The notes under the pieces are model-generated. The model worked only from the letters and a program-made list of their open reading frames with translations, made no database searches and was not told the origin of the DNA. Positions 10,956-24,085 of a DNA stretch of 64,000 bases are shown here, piece after piece; the first letter of the stretch is position 1; each line of letters opens with the position of its first letter. The position numbers and the translations under genes are program-made. Source of the DNA: Chrysomallon squamiferum. Its lineage: Eukaryota; Animalia; Mollusca. The stretch spans positions 7,440,001 through 7,504,000 of the forward strand of contig CM022675.1 of NCBI GenBank assembly GCA_012295275.1, read 5' to 3'.

Positions 10956-13900
10956 GTATGTAACCGTTTGTGTCATCATCTTTATTTCTCTCACTACCCC
11001 GAACTGTAATATATATGTTTTACCTTTTCTGTCTCCATTCGTAAGCAGAGAAAAAAAAAAAAAAAAAAAATGAAGACGAAAAACCGAAAACATCTCCATA
11101 CCTAATTTCAGAAAAATGAGGGAAAAGAAATAACAAAAAAAATAAAAATAATAAACCTAACCCATATTAAGGACAGAAAAGAAAAGAAAAACCCTTCCAT
11201 CCCTTAGCATAGAAAAACAGAATTTTGTTTTAATAAATACAGCACTTTGGATGCATATTCCAGACTAAAGATTGCATATGTAGGTGAGAATCAGAAGAAC
11301 TGGTTGGTATGTGTCCTTGCTAAATATCATTCCTTTTCACAGAGGTCCTCAACTTGCCCCTATTAAGTTTCATACTGCTCTTTGACCTGTTATGGTTTGA
11401 CTACAGAATTATTTTTAAGAATTTAATCTTATTTTTGATATAAACTGATATATTTTGTGCATCTCAAACATTTGAAAGATGTGAGTTTGGTCATACCTCT
11501 CCTGTTAGCTGTGGATGGAAGCTTGTGCATTATTATTACAGAAATTTGATCAATGACGGGAATATTTTATGTGAGATCTAATATGTTATTACAATAATAA
11601 TATAGAAAATGAAATCAGGGTGAAATATACCATATAGTGTACTCAATAAATAAATAAATATGTAAATAAATAATATGAATATAGAAAACAACAGACAATA
11701 AAATGAAGATTACTCACATCATATCAAGTGTTACTTCATATCTGTAGATATTTAGTTGTTCAAACTGATTTTGGATGTGAAATGAAAATGGTTAAAACAA
11801 TCGTAATATTTTGAGTATTAAATAACAATATTTTAGAGTAATGGAAAATGAAACTGAAGCAATATGCATCTCAATTATTTTATATATTAAATAAAAAGTT
11901 ATACAGAAAGAATAAACAGGAAAACAGCACAATATTGAATGTTAAACATGCTCTAAAGGATAAAGGAAGTGAAATATAAAGTGTCTGATATATACATTAC
12001 ATTATTATATATAAGGAAAATCCAGAGCAGTAGAAAACATAATATTTGAATAGCAGAGAATGCAAACAATTGAGAGATGGAATGTAATTATAAATAAAAT
12101 TGATTTTAAAATAACTTTGATATATATCAAGTCTATTATCACATGCTAGAAATACAATAAAATATTTGGATGTAGATGTGATTATAAACCTAAAAAGATA
12201 TGCGGGACAGTTAAAATATTTGTAAAATTTTTCATCTGACATCCAATATGCTCTATGCAGCAGAAACCTGTCTATATATAGATGCATATGTAGGTACATA
12301 TTTGCACACAGACATCTGTATGTAGATGTGTACAAGTTTATAAATTTCAGCCATCTGTTGCAATTCTAATGACGGCTTCAGTGAATTTATGGTCTCCTTT
12401 ATTATTTGCTTATTGTGATTATTGTTAATGCGTTTTGAGCAGCGATGCAGATAATAAAAAGATACAGTTTGTTCCAACTGGTGGATCGAAATACACTCGT
12501 CATTATAAAAAAAAAAAAAAAAAATGATAAATATAAAAAATCTTTATTTTTATTTTGTTTTTAATAATAGTTATACCTTCTTTATTCTAACAAAAAAAGA
12601 GAAGAATTTATTTGTTTATGTTCATGACGTATTAAAATAGAAAATATGGGCAACAATATGTTGCAGTAACATGCTTCGTATGTGTCTTTAGCTTAAGAAC
12701 ATATTAGGTAATAATGGAAATAGAATAATTTATTGATCTTTGTTTCAGCTTATTATTGATTTGAGGTTCTTAATATGAAAATTAATCGGTTGTTGGCAAA
12801 GGATTTTTTTAATTTTAATGTTATTATTATTATTATTATTATTACTGTTTTGTACAGCATGGGAAATATATTTAGTACATAATCCATTTATTTTAATAAT
12901 TCAGTGGGTCATGGTGACTCAGAGTTTAACCTGTAATTAACAACCAGTTTTTTTTTTTTTCTTTCTTTGTTTTTTGTTTTGATATAAATGTCTGGCTGAA
13001 ATAAATGTCAGTAAAATTTTAAATTAAAAAAATAAAAAACACCCAGATTACAGATGACATATTTAATGTGCTTTTGTACTTGTATTCATACAGTCAGTCA
13101 GACATACATACATACATACAGACAGACAATTGTTAATCTTGGACAATAACTACCCAAAAATGTCCATCATTATTTTTTTGAAGGTCAAGGATGAATATAT
13201 ATCAGTTTGATTGGTCGTTATCATCACACGATCAATTTAATCCAATCAAAATTACAAAACATTCCAGATTTCACATTCTGTGATGTGTTTTGTTTTCTAG
13301 AAATGATACAATACTGGGTGAAAAGAAAAACGATTAGATATCTAAATTTATGATACAACATAACTCTGTCTGTTCTTTTCCCACAAGTTGGTTGTATTAT
13401 AAAGTATTGGCTTTAGTCATTTGTAATTACATGCCATGGATTATTGATACAACTTAACAGGGCATGCTGACATCATATTTGCTTTAATGATGTAATAACT
13501 GAGATATGTAATGTGTACTGACATATTAATATACGTGTGTAATTTATTAGCATTGTTTTCTTATTATGCCACTTAATTTCTTATTTGATACCATTACTTG
13601 CCCAGTTAGTAATTATGTTAATTCATAATGTTGTTGTATAACAGTAATTTTATCTGATTTAGTAATTGTGTGCATAGCTAAATAATTGATATATATATAT
13701 TTTTTCTTTTAATGCTCGTTATTTTGTTTGTACTGGTACTAACTGGATTGTTGACAGATTAAAGTGAAAATAATTTCTAAGAGACTACCCATCAGAAAAT
13801 TTAAAAAATAAATGAAAATAAATGGATATCATATGTATTTGTATCTCAGTTGTTACAGTTCATAATATTAATTGTTTTTAGTAAACTATATCTTTTAAAA

Positions 13901-14819
13901 AAAGAAAGAAAAAAAAGAGAAAATGTGTTTTCTGTTTGTATTTATATTTTTAAATAATGAGACCGATGTTTGCCAACTCTCAATATTTAACTGGAATTTT
14001 GTCAAAGAAGTGTGAAAATAACATTCCTTTTTCCTTTTTTTACTGTTGTAAGATTAGAATTAAACAACTGCGCATGCATATATTGAGAGTGAGCGATACA
14101 CATATGTAGATACAAACATACATCCATACATGAAGGAACACACACACACACACACACACACATTCTCATTCACTCAAAAACAGGCTGGATAACACACACA
14201 CTCACACATATATACATACAGACATACATACAGTAATGGTAACTGTTATATTTTTACAGTTTGAAAATGCTAATTACATTTGTCGAAATTCTCCTCATGG
14301 CTTACTGGATTGTTGTCAAACAAAAGCTGAAATAATCACATAAGTGGGTTTTGTTGAATTCGGATAACGCTTGTAATCCTCGCGTTGTTTGAGACTGGTG
14401 TGCCTCTGCCTGTCTGCCAGTATTAAGAGACTAGAATGACCTTACCCAGTCAACACCAACTCTGCAAACATCTCCCGCCATCAGATGTAAATGTCAGAGT
14501 TAAAAAGATGCATGCTCTTGCACACTTACCCACTTACAGTCTAAATATGAAGCCCGCCAACAGATATGTTTTTTTTCCTTTTTCTTTTCTCTCTGTATTA
14601 CTCGGTTGTCAAAGAAACAGTGTTTGTACAGCCACTGGTTTCCAAATCTTTTTATTTTCCTTTTTTTTTATCTTTTATTTTTTTATATGTATTTCAAATG
14701 TTATTAAATTTATTATTATTATTAATATTCTTATTGGTATTCTTTTTCTTCTTCTTCTTATTATTATCATTACTATTATTTTATTATTATTATTATTATT
14801 GTTATTATTATTACTATTA

Positions 14820-14863
<44 letters not shown>

Positions 14864-17277
14864 TTTTTTTTTTTTTTTCATCATCATTGATGAGAGTACT
14901 TCAAAGGTCTAGTTCATTTTGAAGAAATATAATCTTGTGAAAATATTTTAGAAAAGATATATTTTGGTAGGTCAAAAAGATGGAATGGGGGTTTCTTTAC
15001 AAAGAAAAAATGGGAAGGAAGGTTGAAAGAAAATGGGAAAGAAGAATACAGAGAGAAAAATGGAAAGAGGAATATAGAAAGATAGTGATAGAAAGAAAAT
15101 AGGAAAAGGGTGGTAAAAAGTAATGCAGATTGAGAGAAAGTGGACAGAAGAATAAAAAAAAAAAAATAAAGGAAAGAAAAAGCTAAGTTGAGAGAAAATG
15201 GGGAAAGAAAGATAGAAAAAATTGTTTATTGTTTAAACTTGTCACATTATATATAAATATAAATATAAAGAACTAATAAAAGTTGTAAAGGAACACACCA
15301 AGGTGTTTTGATATAAATTATGTGTGATTTTTTACCTGTACAGGTGTTTTATTTACATATCAAATAATATAAATCTGCATTGTAATACAGTGTATGTTGT
15401 ATAAATAAGCTTATATTTTATTAAGTGCTAATTTTATGTGGCATTTTACTTTTATGTTTGCTTTTATGCCATATTTTTTCAGTGATTTTTCCAAAGAAAT
15501 TCTTTTTTCTTTTTTTAAATGTATGTTCTTATACTGATCATTAAAACCTTTATCATATAACAACAACAACAAAATTATTTGTATATATACTGTATGAAGT
15601 TCAAATTCCTAAAAATTTTTTATCCATTTTTTTTTTTTTAAAAGGATATTTTATACCTGGCATAGATAATACCTGACTGCGTTCCAACATTTTTTTTGTG
15701 AATGTTCCATCAGGCCAAATTAGACATTAACAGGAAATAACCGTTAATGTGTCTGCTACAGTTAATAATCAAAACCAATTTTCTATCATGTAAAAAAAAA
15801 AAAAAAGTCTTATCTGTTTGTAGAAGTAGTGGAATTCTAACCTCCCCCAACAAAAAGAAATTACTTTCTTTCTCCAACAGCTCACTAGTCAGTATAACTT
15901 CTTAGTGAGCTGTGTTCGTTATGGCTCATGCTCACCACAAACCATTTATTTTGATTATTGCCAGTAGTCTGTGGATATAGAACTCCAGAAAGTATTTCCT
16001 AAATTATTTTTATCTTCACCTGTTCTGTTGTCTGATTCATTTCCTTTGTGTTCTACCTTACTCAGGTAAAAAAAATAAAAATAAAAAAAAAAAAATTAAA
16101 TTGTACCAAATTACCAAAACCACGAGTTAAATTTACCACTGTTTTTTTTTTTTTTCTTTACTTCTGTCTGCTTCCTTTTTTCTTTTCTGAATGTTGTATA
16201 ACAACACACTACAACCTTTTTCTTGGTATGGTATTCCCTTTTATGACCTATATCCTATACACTTAATCATTTTCCTTCCTGTATTACTGTATTTTATTTT
16301 ATTTTGTCTCTCTTGACCCTATGCTTTTTCTCTCCTGTATATGTGTGGGGGGTTTTTCCGGATCTTTATAAACCCCATCTTTTTCTTCTCTGTAATCCCC
16401 ATTTTTTTATTTTCTGCCACCCATTTTTCTCCCACTTTTTCATCCCTTCGTACCTCCATTTTGTGTTTCAAGTTCCACTCTATATCTGTTTTTTTTTCTT
16501 TCTATTCTACTCTACTCCCATTTTTTTTTCCATCCCTACTCATTGAAGATAATGGCTTGTTTATAAAAAAATATGTACTTCATAAGAACATGCTCTGTTT
16601 AACAAGTTAAACGTTTTAATTTAATAACATACACTTAATAACAGTAAAAAATATCCTGGTTCAGTAGATGTATGGGCAGTGAATTAAAACATTTATTAAT
16701 ATAGGTTTAGGTTTGAAGGTTTATGGCCCTTTAAGTGTAGAGGGATGGTTGACTGGACATATTTAAAAAAAAAAAAAAAAAAAAAATTAAATATAAAAAA
16801 TTGTATGAATTCTCATCCTTGTGTATGTGTATTTTGTATAAAAGTTAAAAATAATTAACACTATATGATTTTGACAGTTTTCAATAATGAAGATGTTAAC
16901 CTAAAAAATACACGAAATGCTCAAAACATAATCAGCCTATCCTGTAAAATATAATTTTTAACATAAACAATGACCAAGTTTTAAAAGTATAAACATTTTA
17001 AAAGTGATATTCATAAGGTTGCTCGTGGGTTCCTTTTAAATGTGGTTTGATACAGGTTGGGTCATTTTGTTAACTGTGATGTTGTGATGTGAACTGTTTT
17101 CTTATTTAGTGGGATTGGATTATTGTGGTTCTCAGTTTTTTCTTTCATATGGCTTCATGTAATGGTCTAGAGTAGGTTTTATGTATTTTTGATTTTCTCC
17201 AACAAGTAATTCAAATATTACCACCTAAATTTTTTCAAATGGATTCAAAAATGTGGTATAAAATAAGTATAGATATA

Positions 17278-17314
<37 letters not shown>

Positions 17315-19257
17315 ATACTACCAGTAAATTCAGAAATTAAGATTTAACATTTTTCAGATTATTTTTATATGGTTTTACACTAGTGTCTATGCATTCATTT
17401 ACATTTTTTTTTTTTTTTACTACCAGTAATACAGATGTTACAGTAGAAGATGTTTCAAATTATTTTCATATGGTTTCACATGTCTGTCATATAAAATCAA
17501 TACCTGTGCAGGGTTTTGATTATTTCAAGAAATGCTGGTGTTAATTGCTACAGAAAATAATTTCATACAGTTTCCTGTGTGATTTTTTAAATGTTGTGTT
17601 AGGTTAGCTGTTCTGAAAACAGCAGAAGCCATGCATTAATTAACCAGCCATGTTAATTAATTCTTTGTAAATTTCTTTTAAAATAGCTTTATTCTGTATT
17701 GATCTTCAGAAAAAATCACTTTGTCCAGAGCTAAGACAAAAAAATAAATAAAAAGGTGACGATAATGACAATGATGATAAAAATATATCTGTAAAATTAA
17801 AAAAATACTCTAGCAGAAACATTTTTATTTATTTATTTTAAATTTTTTATTATAAATTTTACTTTTGAAAAAGAGCTCATTTTTATTATTTTTAAAACAC
17901 AACAATTGGATTCAGAAAATACTCATTAGTGATACTCATTAACATAAGCTATTTTCTAATTCAATTAGATGTATTTATTTATTTATATTTTAAAAAAAAT
18001 GTTTTATTGGTGAACGAAAGTACCACCTGACTGTGTATATACATTGAGTGAAAAACATCCTAAAATAAAAATAGATCAATGATGTTTTCTGAGTCATATA
18101 GGAAGAGTTTCCTTCTGGAAGTTGTATAAGGACACACACACATACTCATATATAAACACATACAAACACATTCAAATAAAGTAAATACTCATACAGTATT
18201 TGGTGTTTTTTTTGTATGTAAGTTATGTATAGTTTTGAATATTCATTAATTAGACCATTCTGATATGTATCTCATCTAATCACACATATATTTCTGATTT
18301 CTGTTGGTCAGTATGATTGTTATCACATACCTGATTATCATACTAGTCACTTTCTGAAATGAACTTTTACAGTTATTCATATAAAAATGTTTTCAAGTGG
18401 AAATGTTATGTTTTGTTACATTTTCTAAACATCTTTTTCTTGGCCAGTGTCCCATGACTGGTTTATTAAAGACAGTATTACGTGTTTTGCTGTTCATGGG
18501 AAGGAGCACAAAAAAGGATGACTTGTTGTTAACTGAAGATGAATATGATAAATAGCTATAGATAAAAAATATTTTGAGAGTTATTTGTTAATGTTTTTTT
18601 TTATTTTTCAATTTTTTTTTCCCTTCCCAATTCTCATTCTATCCTTTTTCTTTTGCTTCTTTCTTTTCTTTTTCTTTTTCTTTTTTCTTTCTGTCTCTTT
18701 ATTTTTTCTTTCTCTTTCTTGTACCATTTTACTCTGTTTGATGATGTTGAGCATCCTCCTTCACTCATTGTGACAATAAAATTTATTATTCACATGGCCT
18801 ATTTTATTTTATTTCACTTCACAAGCTCTGAATATTTTCAACTGTTGATTATGCTTAATCACATACTATCAGTTCTACATCACTGATTGTATAATGTACA
18901 GGTGTACAGGTATTGCTTGTTTACCTGCTGTCCTTTTCATTGTTCAGGTATGTGAAAGTGAGTTTCAGATTCTCGTTAACCTCGTAGGTATCACTAGGTG
19001 TGATCGCAATTTAACATTCTAGATTTGATTCACTTTGCTTCTGTCCATATGGAAAGATTTTATATTTCTCTTTATCTGTGTTCATCGTATTCTTTCATTA
19101 TCTTTCCCTTGTCTTATCTACCTTTTTCAATATTTCTGAATTTTTATGTGTCTTTTTTTCTAATCCAATTACTTATTAGAGTTTTCCTCTTTCTTTCACC
19201 TTTTTGTTACTCTTTCCATTTCATTCACTTCCTGCTACTGTCTTTCTTTCTTGCACT

Positions 19258-19335
<78 letters not shown>

Positions 19336-20288
19336 AGCATTATTCTTTTCTTTTCAGTATCTATGTCTTACTGATGATCAGTCCTGTACTTGTTTTAATA
19401 TATATACGTATATTCTCTTTTTCTATTAAAAAACATAAGTACCAGTTTGTTCTGGTCCTCTGAGGCAAATAAACCTGTACAGTTTAAACTATAACAAAAT
19501 AAAAAATGTTTCTTTTGTTCAGGATACTCATGTTTAATTTAGTTTTTTTTTTTTAATATGAACACTGGTAGGTGTTGAGTACTTACTTAACACCTTTGAT
19601 AATTATCTAATGCACTGGCGTGACATTTCAAAAAGGTGGGCTGAAATTATATATGTATGTGTGTGTGTGTATGTGTTTTGAAGGTTTTTTTGTAAAATGT
19701 ATATGCATATGTACACATAATAACTAATATACTGAAAGAAATAGAAGGAAAAAAAAAATTACAGATTAAATGGAGTGACATCATAATACACACACTCCTT
19801 TGTAACTAAAACTGCCAGGTACTTAACAGGTAAATAATAAATTACATAAGACTGAAAAGTTAGGAACTGGCTGTTAAAAGGATAAAGGAAAGAAATTACA
19901 TGAACCAAAAAAAAAAAAAGAAGAAGCAAATAAAAATATAATGTGAAGTATATATAAAACTGAAAATAAGTATAAAAAAAAAGTTTTATGACAGGCATGC
20001 ATCATGTGTTTCTACACAATGATTATGTTTTATGTCTTTAAATGTCAGGCTTTACATTTTTATTTGACTTTTTATGTTTTTTTTTTTTTTTTTTTTTTTT
20101 GAAAGATTGATATGCGTTACTTAATCATTTTAAAATATTTGAAGAGGTTTTCTTTCCATATCCAACCTTGTTTGTTATTATCTGTAGTTCAGAGACACAA
20201 TAGTGTCAATATTTGCTAAATATTTAAGAACAGGTTTTTAAAATGAATATTGAAGCTTTTGAGTTGGAGAGATTGATATCTGTTTAGC

Positions 20289-20323
<35 letters not shown>

Positions 20324-21104
20324 TTCTTCATCTTTTCTTTATTATTCTTAACATTTTGTAACTTTTTATCATTTGTTTTAACTTTTAAAAATTTTCATTT
20401 TTTATTTTTATTTTGTGAGACTGGCCATTAAACACATTTGGAATAATAAAACAAAATGTATTAACTGAGAATAACAAAGATGTATTAAATAATAATAATA
20501 ATAAATGTTAATAAATGCAAAAATTGTGTCACTACTTTTTAGAAAAATTTATTCACAAAAAAAAAAAAAAAAAAAAATGTCATACGCAGTAGATGTTACA
20601 CAATGAATATCTGTTAAACAGTAAAAGATGTACACCTATCATTATTTATTAAGTGTTTATTCAACAATTCCCCTATAAAAAAACCCACAAAAACAAGCAT
20701 TGAAACAACACCCCACTAAAAATCCCCCAGAAATGAAAACAAAATAATAAACCCCCAACCAAAGCCCTGACCAAACTACAACAGTAAAATAACAGTGCCA
20801 TACAATAACAGTTACACAGATGTCAGTATTAAACATTTAAAGATACACATTAAAGCACCACTTCTTAAAGTCATGACCTTTGACATAACACCAGTTGCTG
20901 TAGTTGGTATGTAACTGAAACGTCAATGTATTTAACATATAAAATATTTCACCTTGGTTGTTTGGTAACACTGCTACATTACAACACATAACACAGAATG
21001 TATGACTGTTCTCAGCTGTTACAAAGTGTTTGGCAGTTAATTTATTTTCTCATATTGGCGACTGGTTTGTCATGTAGCTGTGTTTCATTATTCAGTACAG
21101 CAGT

Positions 21105-21350
21105 GTGTAGTTAGTAAGTTCTGTGGTTGAGCTTCTCAAGATAAAGTATGGGTTGCGAGGTCGAATCCTCGTGGTGGATGCATCATGCCATTTCTTTTTC
21201 CTCAGTTGTATTAATAAAGGCTGCCATTAAGATATTTCTTCATCCAGCCTAAGCAGCTTAGCTGTGTAAGAAAGGCCATGATGTGTATCATCCTGTTTAT
21301 GAGATGGTGCATATGAAAGATGTGTTGCTGCTAAGTGGAAAGTGTAGCAG
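21105..21350 (+). mobile_element. Decayed tRNA-derived SINE with Meta-domain-like core
   Basis: B-box-like GGTCGAATCC at 21159-21168. AAAGGCCATGATGTGTATCATCCTGTTTATGAGATGGTGCATATGAAAGATGTGTTGCTGCTAA from 21271 resembles, from memory, the conserved core of MetaSINE/RUDI-type SINEs. Confidence 0.65.
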
Positions 21351-21769
21351 ATTAGATCTGTCTTTATGTCTAAAACAGAACATTTTTTTTGTTTGTTCTA
21401 GTATTGGTAAATATGAATGAAAAAATATATACTTGAGGTATATTTCTTCTAGGTCATTAGATAATTCATGATAGTGTACTTAAATAAATAAATAAATAAT
21501 AATAATAAACTTACAATAAAACAACCATTTTTGTTTTTTAGTCTTCTAAATAAAAGAATAACTGTAATCAACAACAACAAATTGAACACATAATTTATTA
21601 AATAAAAAAATAACAGTAATAAACACCAACCACAAAAACAACAACAATAACAACAAAATACATTAAAGAAGAATTCTGATTTACAATAACATTATCAACA
21701 ACAAAAATTTACAATCTGTTAAAGAAATTATTCTTTTAAATGAAACACATAAACACACACACACACACA

Positions 21770-21808
<39 letters not shown>

Positions 21809-22067
21809 TCACACACACACACTCACTCACACACTATTACATTAGACTACTTGGCATTCATAGACACTAGAGCTAATGTGTTGGTTTAACAGTGATAATA
21901 AGAACACATAATTAGGTATGGCTGATTGGTTGTTCTTGCATGCTGCAGTTCCTTAAAGCCATGTTCTCACTAAATGACTTGCAGCAACAGCCCCAGGCAT
22001 GTGACTTGGAAGTGTTTGCAGAAATTCCTAAGCATTAGAGCTATTTAAAGGAATATTCGTACAGTGT

Positions 22068-22098
<31 letters not shown>

Positions 22099-22149
22099 GT
22101 GAACAGAAGCATCTTATTTCCAGTGTAATACAGATTCCTAAAGAATTTT

Positions 22150-22470
22150 TCATAAAATGTAATTTGTAGTAACAATTTTTGTGATTTGTATTCGGTAATG
22201 CTGCAGTTTGAAAACATTTCAGATTCTTAAAGCAACTTTCACACCATGTGACATGCAGTAACAATTTTTATGATTTGTATTAGGTAACATCTGAATTCCA
22301 GAGCAATTTCAAATCTTTAAAGCTGCATTCACACTACACGACCTGTAGTAACAATTTTTATGATTTATTTTTGTCAATAATGCAATTTGTAAGCACTGCT
22401 GATTCTTAAAGCAGTATGTGACTAGAAGTAACAATTTTTTATGGTCTGTAATCGGTAAAGTTCGATTTGA
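22150..22470. repeat. Degenerate tandem repeat (GTAACAATTTTTATGATTT core, about 4 copies)
   Basis: The core recurs near 22168, 22258, 22348 and 22428. Confidence 0.65.
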
Positions 22471-24043
22471 GAAAATTGTAGATTCTGTTTTCAGTATGAA
22501 AGAAATATATATATACATAAAGAGAGGCAACTCTAATTTGGTAATTTACTGGAAACTGATTGGTTGAAAGCTGATGATTTGTTGTGATATTGAGCGAGAA
22601 CTAAACACTGCAGCTAAGATGTGACTTGTAACAGTAAGGCTATTACAGAGAATTAACTTCTTTGTGAATTAGCTGTTCTTACCAACTTAATCCGATTTAG
22701 TAACAAGCTGACATGTTAGATCACACAGAAAGAAAACCGCTTTATAAACAGTCCTGATAGTTTTGCTTATATTAACAGAAAAAAGAAAGAATCCTCTCCC
22801 AAAACAACAACAACAACAACAACAACAGCAGCAAGAACCTATGACAGAATGAAAGGGGAAAAGAAAACCTGCGATGGTTAATGATGTTATTTTCTGTGTT
22901 TTTTTGTCTTGTTGATCACAGGTTGCTATTGGCCATCTTGTTTATTGCTGCAGTTCCTTTAAAACCTGTTCCTGATTTATCAGAGTCCAGAGTATGAGCT
23001 GTTTTCTTTATTCAAAGATATATCTATATATATAAATTAAATAATTGATATTAAATGATTTAGAACTTGCCAAGGAGCATCTTTCTAAATAAATTTAAAA
23101 AAATGTAATAAAATAATAATGAAGATGATGATGATGATGACATAATAATAATTTCTTTTTTTTAAATATTATTATTAATATTATTATTAACACATCCTTT
23201 TTCCAGAAATTATGTTTGGTTATGTTCTTCTTTTTTTGATTGTCTTTACACACGCACACACACACACACACACACAAAGACAGACACATCCACAGACACA
23301 GACACATACTCAGACACATACTCAGACACATACACACAGACACAGACACACCACACACAAATATAATTTGTTAATGGTTTTGTTCAACAGTAAATCATTG
23401 CTCATTTTCTAACAACTTTAATAAACTCAGTTTTCAGCTCTGTTGAATTGTGTAAAAAAACAGCAAAAAAAAAAACATTCACATTTGTTTATATATATAT
23501 ATATCTATATATATATGTATTTTTTTCCTTTCATGTCAAACTGATCTAGTTTTTAGTTCTAAGATTTCATTTTTCGAGTCTCTGCAACACATTTTGTTTA
23601 GAAGCTTAGAGAAAGAAACCCTGTTATTAAATAAAAGCATTACAAAACCATTAGAAGAATCACACTCACAGACATTGCAATGGTTGGATAGACTTGATGT
23701 AAATAATCTTCTACTTGATTTAACATCTTTACAGACATACCTCTTATTTCTTTGACAGTCGTTATTGTCAATGTAAATAAAACTGGTACTTTGAAATAAA
23801 TGGACTTTGTGGTAGGTAGCCATGGTGGTCAAGCTTTGAAGATTTTGTGGCTGGAGAGAGAGTGACCACTAGTTTGACACTTTTTTGTTAATAAATGATT
23901 TTTGTTCAGAATAAATATTTAGTGTGCAGAACATACATTAGCTTGTTTTTAAACAGGTTGTTAAATCATTTGAATGTTTGTAGAATTGATTTCTAGTCTT
24001 TGTCTTTTTTTAATGCCATGGAAGGTAGTTATTTTTTTTTTTT

Positions 24044-24085
<42 letters not shown>

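Noticed and set aside
21105-21175. tRNA gene
   Set aside because: Only a B-box-like motif is present, with no cloverleaf. Better explained as a SINE head.
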